Source of the DNA: the human T2T-CHM13v2.0 reference genome, Homo sapiens
Reading direction: 5' to 3' (one strand)
DNA: 64,000 nucleotides
NCBI RefSeq assembly: GCF_009914755.1
Contig: NC_060942.1
The translations under genes and the position numbers were made by a program. Position 1 is the first letter of the stretch. Every line of letters starts with the position of its first letter. The notes below the pieces were generated by a model. That model was not told the DNA's origin and searched no databases. It saw nothing but the letters and a program-made list of their open reading frames with translations. Of this stretch, positions 46,944-62,810 are shown in pieces.

Positions 46944-47487
46944 TTGGGTAAGGAGCATACTCCAAACTCTTGGTATTATCCTCCCAATAGTCATAATAAT
47001 AGTCTCCCTGGTGCGCTGTATCCTCTCAAAGGTTTTAAATGCTTGCATGCAGCCATCTCTAGAATGTCATATGGTCTCTCTTCAATAAAGGAAAGCCTGG
47101 GTGTGTTTTCCCTCAATCTAGATGCTTTAGATAGCAAAGATTCCTCCTGGTCTTGGACACCAAGCCTGTCTAATTAGCTTTTTGAATGCTTTCAACTCTC
47201 CAGCTTATTCTGTGAGGTAATCATTATTTTATAAGGAAAATTAGAAAATTTTCTGTCAGAATTTACTATTAAAACAGTAATCCTACTTTCAAAGTTATCC
47301 AATTTACCTGACTTGATGCAATATATTATGCTGCAGATAATTACCAATATCTTAATAATTTATCTAAAAAGTAAGAATAGTCAGACTAAAAAGGATTTAA
47401 TAAACATTCTATTCAGTTTTTTGTTACATTGGAGAAGCCAATATTGGAACAGTGGACAAATTGAGGGACACTATATTAATGAAGAAA
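46944..47487 (+). repeat. Right arm of long inverted repeat (544 bp)
   Basis: Reverse complement of 44551-45100, with a 6-bp indel and about 6 substitutions. Confidence 0.97.
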
Positions 47488-47901
47488 AAATGTCCTTCCC
47501 CCTGGGGGGCAGGGCAATTATTCCCATTCATTCCTAGGCCTTCAGGCAGCACCAGGGAGTGAGTGACCCCAGCCAATTGCCCTCAATTTCCAAGGAGCTA
47601 CTAGGAAGCAGCCACTGAAAGACTGAAAAAGAGAGGAAAAAACCCATGAAAAAACCCAGGGCCCTTAAGTGAACCGGGCGGTGGTGGTCAGGCGTCTCCA
47701 CATGGAAACCCCTTAGTTTCACTGGTCACGGCCGGAAACCTGCAGTTGCTTCCATGTTTAGGTGGTGGCCACCAAGGGTCTCTGGTTGGAAAGGAAAAGA
47801 GAGAGAAAGATATTCCCCCGTATGGACCAGAAAGAAGAAAGGAGAAGAATAAATCTCAAACTTTGGGCTTGCCTCTTCCCCCTGGCTGGCTCACCAAAAT
47901 A
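47488..47901 (-). mobile_element. ERV1 leader / 5' internal region with tRNA-Arg-like primer binding site
   Basis: Plus-strand cctggctggctcacca (47881-47896) reads tggtgagccagccagg on minus, near-complementary to the tRNA-Arg(ACG) 3' end and adjacent to the LTR. Confidence 0.8.
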
Positions 47902-48258
47902 TGTTAAAGGTGGACGGTGTCCTGGTTCTTGGCGTCTTCAACAAAGAATTCGACAAAACACACAAACAAAGCAAGGAAGGAATGAAAGGATTTATTGAAA
48001 ATGAAAGTACCCTCCACAGTGTGGGAGTGGGCCGGAGCACAGAGGCTCAAAGGCCCCATCACAGAATTTTGGGGAGTATAAATACCCTCTAGAGGATTCC
48101 GTTGGTGACTTTGGGTGTGCCCTATGTAAATGGAGAGGATGAAGTAAAGCTACAAAGTCCGTTACAACGTACGCACTATAGAGAGAACATTTCCTGGTAT
48201 AGATGACGTGTGAATCTGCCTTATGTTCCCTGGCTCCAGACCCTATTTTCCTGCCTCA
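47902..48258 (-). mobile_element. MER61-like ERV1 5' LTR
   Basis: Minus strand begins tgaggcaggaaaatagggtctggag...gggaacataagg; CCAAC and TATA-like boxes, AATAAA; ends ttaaca. Confidence 0.85.
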
Positions 48259-48471
48259 ATAGTAGTTATTTCCCATTGTTGTTGGGTGTTGGGGGCAGGC
48301 CCACGAAGAAGGCAGAAAAGTCACGGCCCTCACGGATCTTACCTCGCACAGCTTCTACAGACAATACGGCCCTTTACACAGACTAGCAAGTTAAAAAAAG
48401 GACTTCTCTCTGTGTGTGTATATGCATACACATACTTATTATAAACATATTGATTATACTTAAATATGCAT

Positions 48472-48807
48472 ATTTTTGAAACTTTTAATTTCGGGGGTAC
48501 ATGAGCAGGTTCATTACATAGATAAACTCTTGTCATGGGGGTTGGTTGTATAGATTATTTCTTCACCGGCTATCAAGCCTAGGATCCATTAGTTATTTTT
48601 CCTGACCTTCTCCCTCCTCCCAGCCTGCACCCTGCAGTAGGCCTAGTGTCTGTTGTTCCTCTCTATGTGTTTATGTGTTCTGATCATTTAGCTCCCACTT
48701 ACGTGCGAGAACAAGTGGTATTTGGTTTTGTGTTCCTGCATTAGTTTGCTAAGGATAGTGGCCTCCAGCTCCATCCATGTTGCTGAAAAGGACATTATCT
48801 CATTTTC
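48472..48807 (-). mobile_element. L1PA13-16-like 3' end
   Basis: 'gggggtacatg...tgtcatgggggtt...catttagctcccactt...ggcctccagctccatccatgttgct'. Confidence 0.88.
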
Positions 48808-50194
48808 AGGTTAATGAAGTTAATAGTTGCATCACATCTGTCTCTTTTTGAAAACAAAAAGCAAATTCAGAAGCATAATTTCATGTCACTGCATGGTAAC
48901 TTTCATGTATTTGCATATACTTTGTCTCCATCTGAAATAAACAAATAATAACTAGAAAAAGAATATATATATTGACATGCAATCCTGATACTCCAAGCTT
49001 CTTCAGCATTTCAATTTAGTGTGCAAATAATAATAAATTAAGGCCCCTGCCTATTGGATCTAGGATGCCCAGTCTATCCTCTCTTCCTCTCCCTCCTTCC
49101 TTCTAACTAGATTTCCTTTGCCAAGTAGTCCGGGGAATTTTGCCAGGGTTTTCTTCATGCACCACAGGTCTGCTCTGGTTGCACTGTGTCCTCTCAGCCA
49201 GCTGATTGGCATTGGATGCCTTCTTCTGTCTTTGTCCACATCCTGTTTCCCAGGCTGGTCCCTGGGCGTCTGCTCCCCAGCCTGGCTGCTCCCAGGCATG
49301 CACTGGCGTCTGCTCAGGGTGGCAGGAGCACAGCCCCCAGATGGTGCCTCTTCATGGGGCTTGACTGGAGACAGGGAGTCCAGGAGACATGAGCTGCACC
49401 AGAAGAAGGGCATGCAGACCCAGAGGGTCCCCAAGATCTCCCTCACTCCTGTCTTCTGCCCTGTTGAGAAATTGGCCAACTTCCCCCAATATTTGGAATT
49501 GAGGTCTCCTTAGAGAAAACCAAGCCACATTTTCTAAAGGGAAGCTTAATCTGCAGCAATACAACTTCCTGTGCAAGAGCAGTGACCATCTATGCAATTA
49601 TCTACCACAGTTTAGCACCTATGGTTTAAATCCTTTCTCTTCCTAAATACAGCCTCTATTTCTCTTGTATGCAAAATGAACTATTAAACTATTTTACCTA
49701 AATAAAGAAGCTGTCATTAAGAGGTTGAGTTGAGCCTGCACAACTAGAAAAAAAAATTGCTTGGAGATTCACATTGTTCTCTTCCAACTTTTAGCCATTG
49801 GCATTTAAAAAACAATATTGTGGTTCAGTCTCGGTGGAGGACTGGATTCTTGAGCAGTGAGTGATTTGACGAGCACAAGAATTGTCTTGTAAGATAAGCG
49901 AGGCTGCAGAAAGAGATGAAGACACAAGCCTCATCTTGAACAGCTGGCAAGATGCGAGTGGTTTCTCTGTGATTCTCCTGCCATCTTCTTAATGTAAAAT
50001 ACATTGGTGGAAGAGGACAAGCTAAAAATTACAGAGGATTTCCAGCATCACTGTTGGGGCACAGCTCAACGCAGGTCAACACTGAATTCAGGGCTTTATT
50101 CTCAGCTCCCAAGCGTGTTTCTACCACGTGTACTTAATATTTTATTTCATCTCAGTCAGCCATCTGCACATTTGGCTCAGCGGTCTTGCTATCT

Positions 50195-50525
50195 TTTTAA
50201 ACAAATAAACTTTTAATTTTTAAGTGTATAGAAAAGTGGCAAATAGAGTAGATAATTCCTATATATGCCTCACCCCCTTTCTCTCACTACTGACATCTTA
50301 CCTTACTAGCGTACGTCTGTCAAAGGGAAGAAACTGCGATCAGAGTTACCTGTAGCTGAACTCCAGGTGGTATTTGGATTTCACCGGTTTTTCCACTAAT
50401 GTCTTCTTGCTGCTCCAGGATCCAGTCCTGACCACCATGTTACATGTGGCCATCGTGTCTCCCGGACTCCTCTGGTCTGTGAAAGTTTCTCAGTGTTTCC
50501 TTGTTTTTTATGATCTTGACAGTCT
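50195..50525 (-). mobile_element. L1MC/MD-like 3' UTR fragment
   Basis: 'ttttccactaatgtc...ccaggatccagtcc...gtttctcagtgtttccttgttttttatgatcttgacagt'. Confidence 0.65.
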
Positions 50526-50539
50526 CCATTACCTGTGGT

Positions 50540-50703
50540 GGTAAGTTTTGAGGGTGTACAGCCATGCCTGCCATTTATGGATTGTCTATGGCTGATTTCA
50601 CACTGCAACAGTGGAGCTGAGTCATGCAGCAGAGTCCAGACGGTGGGCAAAGAGGAAAAAATTCACGATCTCACCCTTTGTGGAAAAAGTTTGCCCATTC
50701 TGT
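50540..50703. mobile_element. MER58-like hAT DNA transposon fragment
   Basis: 'acagccatgcc...attgtctatggctgatttcacactgcaacagtggagctgagt...gaaaaagtttgcc'. Confidence 0.7.
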
Positions 50704-52608
50704 TCGAAACTATTGGCCTGTCTTCCTTTGGTAGACTTCAAATTCCTTGAGCACAGGAATCTATCTTTTTATCTCAGTGCCGATTAACCTTCATAAATCT
50801 CATTATACGTGCTTAATAAATGTTGACCATTAAATGAGGAAAGACTTCCAATGTGTCTAAAGATAGGAGGTTCCGATAATTGGGTAATTTTTCAGTGAGT
50901 TATTTTCTAGAGGGAATTTAATCACATGATACCTAAATCCTATATTCTCTTTTTAACTGGCTGTCTACCTTTTGTCAACTTGTCAAGGAGAGTTTCTGAT
51001 TTCTATAGTGAGAACTTTTTTCTTGCAGAATTCCTTTCTCAAATACAGATAAGATTTGCTGCACCTTTTAATTCCTTTGAAGACAGATGATTTCCTTGAA
51101 CAGATTTGAATTTCAAGAAACCAAGAAGTTTGATGGGCTTGGAAAAATATACCTAGGTTTTAAAATATACTTGGGATATTTTCCAAGTTTTAAGAAGAAT
51201 GTTTGTCTTTTCAATGTGACTTGGGTACCTTGGTTTGCTTAATCACAGGTGTCATTGCCAAGCAAAAGACTAAGCCAGGCCTTACCTGCTTTTGGCAGCA
51301 TTTCGCGATGCTATGTTTTGGGGGCTTTTCTGACTTTATCTCTAATTCTTAGAATTTTCAGAGATAGAATAAGGGGTCTGTTGGGACATGGACTTGGGAC
51401 CTAACTCAGTTTCCCAGTTCGCTTTGGGTATCAGACATGTCTAGTATCACATGGATTCCCAAATCCATCCTGCCTGGTGCAGAGGGGGAATATCCAGGTT
51501 TGAAAAGCTGTAGCGTTATTTTAGGGCCATCCTTTAAAATCCAGTTTTCATTCCATTAGTTTAATAGAGCAGCTTCTGTTGTAGGGTTTATTTTCTAGGT
51601 TGAATTTAATAGGATTTTTTTTCCTTTAGTAATTTGTGTGTCTGTGGTATGGATGGATAGGTCTTTAAGTGATTTCTGTGTTTGAATCCTCATAATAGAC
51701 AACAGCTGTTGCCATAGGATGACCTTCCTGGGAAGATCTAGATGAGGCTGAGACCAAGGACTCTGTTCCCATCAGAGAGGATTTAGGAAAAGCACTCTCT
51801 TTTCAGTGCTTTCAGTGGGTCCTTGCTGGGAACCTAGCTGAAATACTGAGAAGAATGTGGAAGGAAAGCCTCTCTGAGCCCCCAGCTCACCGTGTGGAGC
51901 TTCAGTTTACTGGAAAAATAAGGTTATTTCTAAGTTTCTTTCCAGCTTTGACATTGAAGGGCTTTATGGTTCATTTACTGGAATAAAACTAAAATTCTTA
52001 GAAGAAAGGTGCCCTAAATATTGCCTTATTGTGTTATTCATTTTTTGACAAATGCACTTTAACATTTAATTTTGATCTAATAACATGTAATCATTATTTG
52101 ATGGTTCAAGACAAAAAGAAAGGCCTGGTTTCTACCAAGACAGTGAGCTGCAACTGGGCTGTAACTAAATTGCCTTCCCTGTAGCACACCACGTTATTAG
52201 TTTTCTTTTTTTAATTTGCCAGCAGCCTCTGTTGAGTATATTTTTATTATTATACCCTCTTTCATTTAAGAACTTCTTCCTCATGCTCGTAAGGCATATA
52301 CCTACATGATTACATTATGAATAGAAACTAAATTAAAATACAAACTCTGGTCAAACCCTCTTGGGTACGGTAGTTTGCATAATTTTGAAATTCTAATATA
52401 TTTTACCAGTTCTTTTTGCCATTTTCAGTTTTCACAGTTGCTTTGTGTGAATATGTGGGACACTCCTCAGAGTTATGCATGTTGTAGCATACTAGGTCTA
52501 TTTTGTGGACAGTAAGATAGTAACCCAGAGATACTCAGTAAAAATCCATTTATGAGTAAAAATCCACTTGTCCCCAGTAGATTTTTAGAGTATTTTAATT
52601 TTCTGTGC

Positions 52609-52866
52609 TTTTTTTTTTTTTTTTTTTTCTATTTTTGTCACGACTGAAGGTTTTTCCTCTGTGGCTCAGGGTTTTTTTTGGGGGGAAATGTTGGTTTCTC
52701 CTCATTTTGAGGGACCTGGCAGCCTTAGCAGTAAAGGCAAGACCACGTTTTCTATTCATGCAGGTTCGTAACCCTTTAGAAAAGATAAAGAAGTAAAACA
52801 AAGGATTAGGATTTACATTTATTCACCTCTCCTATTTCTCCTCCTCCTCCTCCTCCTCTTCCTCCT
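52609..52866. repeat. T20 homopolymer (52609-52628) and (CCT)n tract (about 52838-52866)
   Basis: Read directly from the sequence. Confidence 0.9.
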
Positions 52867-53049
52867 TCTCTGTTTCAGCAGTGAAATTTTACGAAAAATG
52901 TGTTTACTTAAATATATGTTTGTCACTTAATCACCTAAGGAATTTCATTTCTCAGTATGGGATAAAAGAGAAGAGTAGGAATATACGTGTGCTTATGAAC
53001 GAGATGCAGCAGGCCCTTCTTAAGGGCCTGCGGGTCCCTCTGCACATGG

Positions 53050-53724
53050 AAATACAGGAAAACCTTGAGTTCTTTCCTGAGAAGTAAATAAGCAATGTTA
53101 TAAGCAAGAAGGTAATAGTAGCTTAAAACAATTGCCAAGGAAGCTCGAGTCGCGGGAAGCTAAAGATAACATCCTCGTATATGTCCCTGAGTTGTTTTGG
53201 GGGAGCCTGGCCCCCCACCAAACAGATCTACTGGCACATAGACCTCGGATAAAGGGAAGCTGAGACTGAACTCGGACCACTGCTCTTTGTTCTAAATTTC
53301 CTCCTGAGGGGTCTAGAGGAGGTCCCCCTGGTGAGCCAGAGCTAAGGTTCCTTTCTGCTGACCCCAGCTTTTAAACAGATTTTCTCTTCTTTAACCAGTT
53401 GCAAATCAGAAAATCTTTGAATCCACCTATGACCTGTAAGCCCCCGCCTCAAGATAATTCACCCTTTTAGACCAAAACCAGTGTGTAACCTTCATATGTT
53501 GATTTACTATTTTCCCTGTAATTTCTGCTTTTCTGAATTTTACCTTTGCCTTTAAAAAACCCTTTCCTGCAAGGTATTGGAGGGTCAGAACTTAAGCACT
53601 AGCCTCATGGTCCCCCGTGCTCGGCGCCCTGCAAATAAACACCTCCCTTTCTCCACTGCAAGCCTTAGTGTGGACATCTGGTCTAACTGCATGGGAGAGC
53701 TGACCCCGGTTTGGTTTGATAACA
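53050..53724 (+). mobile_element. ERV1 solo LTR (MER39-like)
   Basis: 'aatcagaaaatctttgaatccacctatgacctgtaagcccc', tttaaaaa box, aaataaa at about 53633, ends gataaca; 5' boundary approximate. Confidence 0.7.
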
Positions 53725-54399
53725 TGAGCAGAGTATTCAATTAAAAAAAATTTAAACTTCCAAAGCATATCAGGATTGGGAATTTCTGGGAAGGTGGCAA
53801 TGTGGTATCCCTCTTACAAGACGCTTTTTTCTGGCTGGTCCAACTCACCACCCCAAATATAGCTAATATAAAGTAAAATACTAAACTCACTCTTTGGAGC
53901 ATGTTGCTGCCCATGCACCATGGAACACTGCTGCACAAAGATTCTGGTCAATATGAGATTGATATATGTGCCACCCTGACTTGAGACACTACAAACAGTA
54001 GCAACAAACATGGACACTTGTGAATGTGTGCAGCCTGGAGGCCAATAAGTGTGCTGATAATTGTCCCGTGACTGTTTTGAAATCCTGATGTGGCTGAGGG
54101 CACCTGTTCTTCTGCTGGGATTGCTGGTGCTTGTGATCCTCTCTCAGTGTGGCTGCGTAGTCTATGATTCCCCTAGAGACACATGCTTGTGTTTCCTGCT
54201 ATTATTTAAGCCTTGGCAGTCCTTGAAGGAGCTATTAATAACCTGTGAAGAAGATTGTACTAAAGGCTGCTTGAAAAGCCTGGCACGGCAGGACGCAATC
54301 TTCCACATAAACACTTCACACTTCTGTAGACTGCTGTGAAAGCCATCTCAAAGACAACCTTACAAAAATGTTATTGTCAGCATTTTAGACAGTACATAC

Positions 54400-54840
54400 A
54401 TTTGTTTATTATGTGTGTAAATATATTTACTATATTAAACATTTTGCGTACTAAATATATTATTAACAAATGTAGTTAATAGATTAAATATATCAATTAA
54501 CCAATAATAAATATATTTAATATATCAGATAAATTAACCAGTAGTTAATATATTTAATATATTGATTAATGTTTAACACAATAATGTTTATCGTATTAAC
54601 AATTTATACAATAATTAATAATTTAATACAATAAACATTATTGTATTAAACTACTTATTGTATTAAATTATTAAAAGCATAAACATAATTATTATTTGAT
54701 ATTTAGCAATATTTAGTATACTAAATATATTTAATGTGTGTATATATATCTTTATATATGTATACACACATAAGCATACATGATATACATGTAGGTATAT
54801 GTATACACACAGATGCATATGTATGGTGTATTCATACACA
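54400..54840. repeat. AT-rich low-complexity region grading into TA/CA/TG repeats
   Basis: Near G/C-free stretch of ttaat/aatat motifs. Confidence 0.9.
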
Positions 54841-55238
54841 CAGAATTTTCTGGCTCCTGTTCCGTGTTCTGCGGCTTCCTCCTTCTGAGAGATCCACCCC
54901 CTCACTTTCTGGTACCTCTGCCAGCCCTGCCCTCCATCCTCTGACCTCTGGAGTCTGAAGGTCAGTCGACTCCTGAGTCCTAGCTGCCCTGCACGTGCAC
55001 GCGCACACGTGTGCTGGGGAGGAGGAGCTCCTTTTTTCAGGGAGTGACTCACCTCCCACATCTGCCTGTCCCTTATCTCTCTCCAGTGCCTTCCATGGTT
55101 GTTTTCTGTATTTCATTCTGAGTTTATCGTTGTTACCTGCAGAAGGGTTAGTCCTGTACAAATGACACAGCCGTTATCAGAAGTGAACAGCTGTGTTTAT
55201 TCCAAATAAAAGAGTGAGGAAAGACTAGAACATTTATC

Positions 55239-55686
55239 TGTGCGACGCAAGTCCTTTTAAATGATCAGGCCCAGAGAGGCATTAAAATAAGCTGGTAATC
55301 GCGTCCTGCTCCCCCGACTTTGAGCTGTGCGTTCTCCTGAAACTGCTTGCACTGCGAGCAGTTATAAATTAACTGAATAATGCTGCACTGGACACTGGAC
55401 ACTCTAATCCATACTCTGAAGCTTAACAATGTCTAGCCAATCAACAGCTTATGTTATTTTAAGGTAAATTCTTGGTAAACAACTCAGAAACTGCCTCTTC
55501 TTTCCCTTTAAAAATCCACTTGTTACTGCTGCTAATGAGAGTGTACGTTCAGGGCACCTTGAATCTGTGCTCCCAGGCTGCAGTACTAAGGTTTGGCTCA
55601 AATCAGCTCTCTACTTACGCAATTTGGGCCAAGCCTTAGTACTGCAGCCTGGGAGTGTAGATTCAGCTTTTCCTGTTAGGTCAACA
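55239..55686 (+). mobile_element. ERV1 (MER4-group) solo LTR
   Basis: TG...CA ends (tgtgcg...aggtcaaca); 'agccaatca' CCAAT box; 'cctttaaaaatccacttgt' TATA region. Confidence 0.65.
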
Positions 55687-55789
55687 AGAGATCAAACGTT
55701 CAGAGATGTAGAGGTACAGATTTGCTGGATCAGACGGACTCGAAGCAACCATGCAGCACTTCCCTCATCGCCAAGGAGCAGGAGAGGCA

Positions 55790-56600
55790 AGCCCCGTGGT
55801 CAGGCCTGGTCCTGATGTGGCAGGAAGGCCGATGGGATCTGCACCCAGGGAGTCAGGGCTCACTCCGCAGGGCTGTCACGGGGAGTCTGGATTTCACTCC
55901 GAGTGCACACTCAGGTTGGAGATTTTGAAAGTTTGCTCCAGTTGCTGTGTAGAGGGTAGACCATGGAAGGGCAGAACCCTGTTAGGAAACTTTTATTTTA
56001 GGCAAATGATACATGATAGTGGCATGGATTTAGTGGTGTGATCTGGGCGTGAAAAGCGGTTTATTTGGGATGTAACTTGAAGTTAGAGTCAACAGGATTG
56101 GCTGTGAGAGGTAGAAGTAAAAGAGAAACACAAGATAACTCTCAGGATTTTTATCTGAGCTACTGAAATGGGACTGATTTATGTAGAATGGAGGCTGGGG
56201 AATGAGGAATCAAAGCTATTCTTTGGACATTTTAAAATCGGAAGTGCTTTTTGGACATCCGAATGGAGATTATCAAGTAGAGAGTGGAAATACGTGAACA
56301 TGGAATTTAGCAGAAAAGTTGGGACTGGAGATACAATTGTGAGTGTCATCAAATCAGGAATAAATTGCATTTAGAATCTTGGGTCATCCAAATTGAGTGT
56401 CGACGAATCAGAGGGATGAAGAACGAGCCCAGAGCGCTCCAGTGTTGAGTGGGTTGAAAGAGGAGTGAACAGCTGTGTTGTAGGACATATGCCAGGAGCA
56501 TGTGACATCGCATAGCCAAGTGAGGAAGGTGTTTCGGGAAGAAAGGTGTGTGCAGTGCCGAGGGGAAGACAAGGACTCAGAGTGACCATTGGCACCCCAC
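55790..56600 (-). mobile_element. L2 LINE fragment
   Basis: 'agttagagtcaacaggattggctg', 'caagataactctcaggattttt', 'tttggacattttaaa...ggacatccgaatggag'. Confidence 0.75.
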
Positions 56601-58279
56601 AGGCTGTGTCAAATCTAAACTTGATTAAGTGAATATTCTATGCTACAGCATTATTTGCCACAGACCCCTCTGCACTGAGGTCATGGAAATTTTTAAATGT
56701 ACAAATAATGGCTTAATAAGTCCCTCTCCCAGGAACTGAAGCTTAATAGAGTTGGAGCCACATCTCTCTTGTTCACATTTAGAGCACCTCCTGTAGCGAG
56801 TACTCAATAAACACTTGCCAAGGGAGCACGTGCCAGGGCATCGGGGAAGCATGTCACACGGGGTGGTGGTGAACGGCTTAGGAGCTGTGCGAACAGCATG
56901 GTGACAGCAAGCTGGCTTGCTGCAATGACATCCGGTGTGTCCTCGGCAGGTTGGATGAAGGTGGGAGGAATGGGCTCTTCAAATGGAAATTCCAAATCTG
57001 GAGTTGAAATCGTCTCTGGCAGCAGAGAAGGAGCATCTCTGTTCCAAAATCCTGGGCACTGGAAATATATTTTCCCAATAAATTCTTTCAGAAGTGTTTC
57101 CATGTGTTCTCAGCAACACTGCCAACTGCCGAGAGGACTTTCACGATATCACAGACAATGTAAGTGAGTACAAACAAAAAATCATCCACTGAAGAGAAGT
57201 GCAGCTAAATTAGAAAATGCAGATTAAAACCTGTTACTGTGCCATACACGCTCACACAGTGCAAGTGCACTAAAAAGATAAAATCCAAGGTTGTGGGGAC
57301 TATTTTGAAATACTTTGCATGTGGCAATATCCAATAAAAATAGCGCTGCTAGTGCTTCTTGATTTGAAATTCAACTTTGGGGAATGAATCTCAAGGAAAT
57401 AACTCCCTTTGAAATTGGACAAATATAACTTCAGTGACATTGTGTAAGAGGAAGAACTTGGGAATCTCCCCGAATAACCAAGCAAATGGCATGTTTCAAC
57501 AACCTATGTCCTGATAATAGAGTGGACTGCCACAGCACCCACAAACAGTCAAACATGTGGCTGTATCCATAACTGAACGTGTGCATTTGAAGTGAAGTGA
57601 AAAGCACAACACAGCGTAAAAGAACACATCTACTCTGAATGCCTTTGGGAAGTCTTAGGTACCTAGGAACGGCAGATTTTTTTTCAAAAATGGCTTATTT
57701 TAATAAACAAATATTATTTTTATAAAAATAAGTTGTCAGGAAAAATTCTATGTGTTTGGGATTCCATTAATAATGCAAGCAGGTCATGATCTTATGTCTC
57801 ATTCAAAGTTAAGATCAATTGATGGACAACAGTGATGATCCCAGAAAGAGTTTTGCTATGACCATAGCACTTAGAAGAACTATCTTTTTTTTTTTAATCT
57901 CCTGCTCAAAACACTTGGCCATTAAATTTAACAAAATAAAACAAAACAGCACCACAGCCAAAGCACCGTGAGTTTTAAATTGGTGAGAAACGTGGAACAA
58001 TTCGCATGAAAACTGTCTTCACGGTGCAGAACTAGCAATTAAAGACACAAAGCAGGTGCGATGAATAGTGTATTAGAAATGATGATTACAATGTCAAGTT
58101 TTATCTTGAATAACACATACTGAATAGCAGAAAAGTCGTTATGGGAAACTGGAATGTGATAGAGAAAATGTTCCCAAGAAACAGTAGTAGTGTCCACCAG
58201 AGGCTCACATCCTACAACAACCTGAGGGCCAGATGCTGGCTATGGGGCTAAGAATGATCTTTACATGTTCATTTGCTGG

Positions 58280-58492
58280 AAAAAATTAAAAGAAGATTTC
58301 GAGACACATGAGAATTCTGGGAAATCCCGATCTCAGTGTCCCTGAGTGAGATGTTACTGGAACACAGCTGCTCCCCTGTGCTTTGGTGCCACAGTGGTGA
58401 GTTTGGAGAACCCTGAGGGGGACCGTGTGACCCACAGGACCTAGAGGACTTACTGTTTGGCTCTTTACTGAAAAAGCTGGCTGCCCCCTGGT
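58280..58492. mobile_element. MER58B-like hAT DNA transposon
   Basis: 'tcagtgtcc...gttactggaacacagc...tggctctttactgaaaaagctggctgccccctg'. Confidence 0.65.
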
Positions 58493-58829
58493 GCACATCA
58501 CTCCTTCGAAAACTGAGTGCCAGGTTGTGACTAAAGAAATGTCCAGCCACAAATGTGAGTGAGCATTGCGGCACCTGGGTGCCCACCAGTGATGTAGCAG
58601 CTCTGAATACACAGGGTTGATTTAAATCAAAATAGTTCATCTCGTACGAGTGGAATCTGCATTTCCAGCCTTCTCATGAAAGCACTGCAGGCTGTGGTCC
58701 ACAAGAGGAATCTTTTCACTTCTTTAGTGTGCTTTGAGTGCTTTTCTTACCATACACATGTTAGGCCATTGGTGCAATAAATTGTAGCCTAGGGCACATG
58801 AGCTCATAAAGCCCAGTGAGACTTAAAAA

Positions 58830-62810
<3,981 letters not shown>

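Noticed and set aside
44867-47177. Identical ~77-80-aa ORFs on opposite strands as a duplicated gene
   Set aside because: They only reflect the inverted repeat; non-ATG starts, and the meaningful frame is a degenerate env fragment
44551-47487. Inverted arms as TIRs of a DNA transposon
   Set aside because: No TSD seen at the outer ends, no transposase remnant, and the arms include retroviral env sequence continuous with the interior on one side only
47902-48258. p53 response element known from some MER61 subfamilies
   Set aside because: I could not find paired RRRCWWGYYY half-sites in this copy
49060-49597. Overlapping 131-139-aa ORFs in a GC-richer patch
   Set aside because: No recognisable domain or exon structure; mostly non-ATG starts; expected by chance where stop codons are rarer
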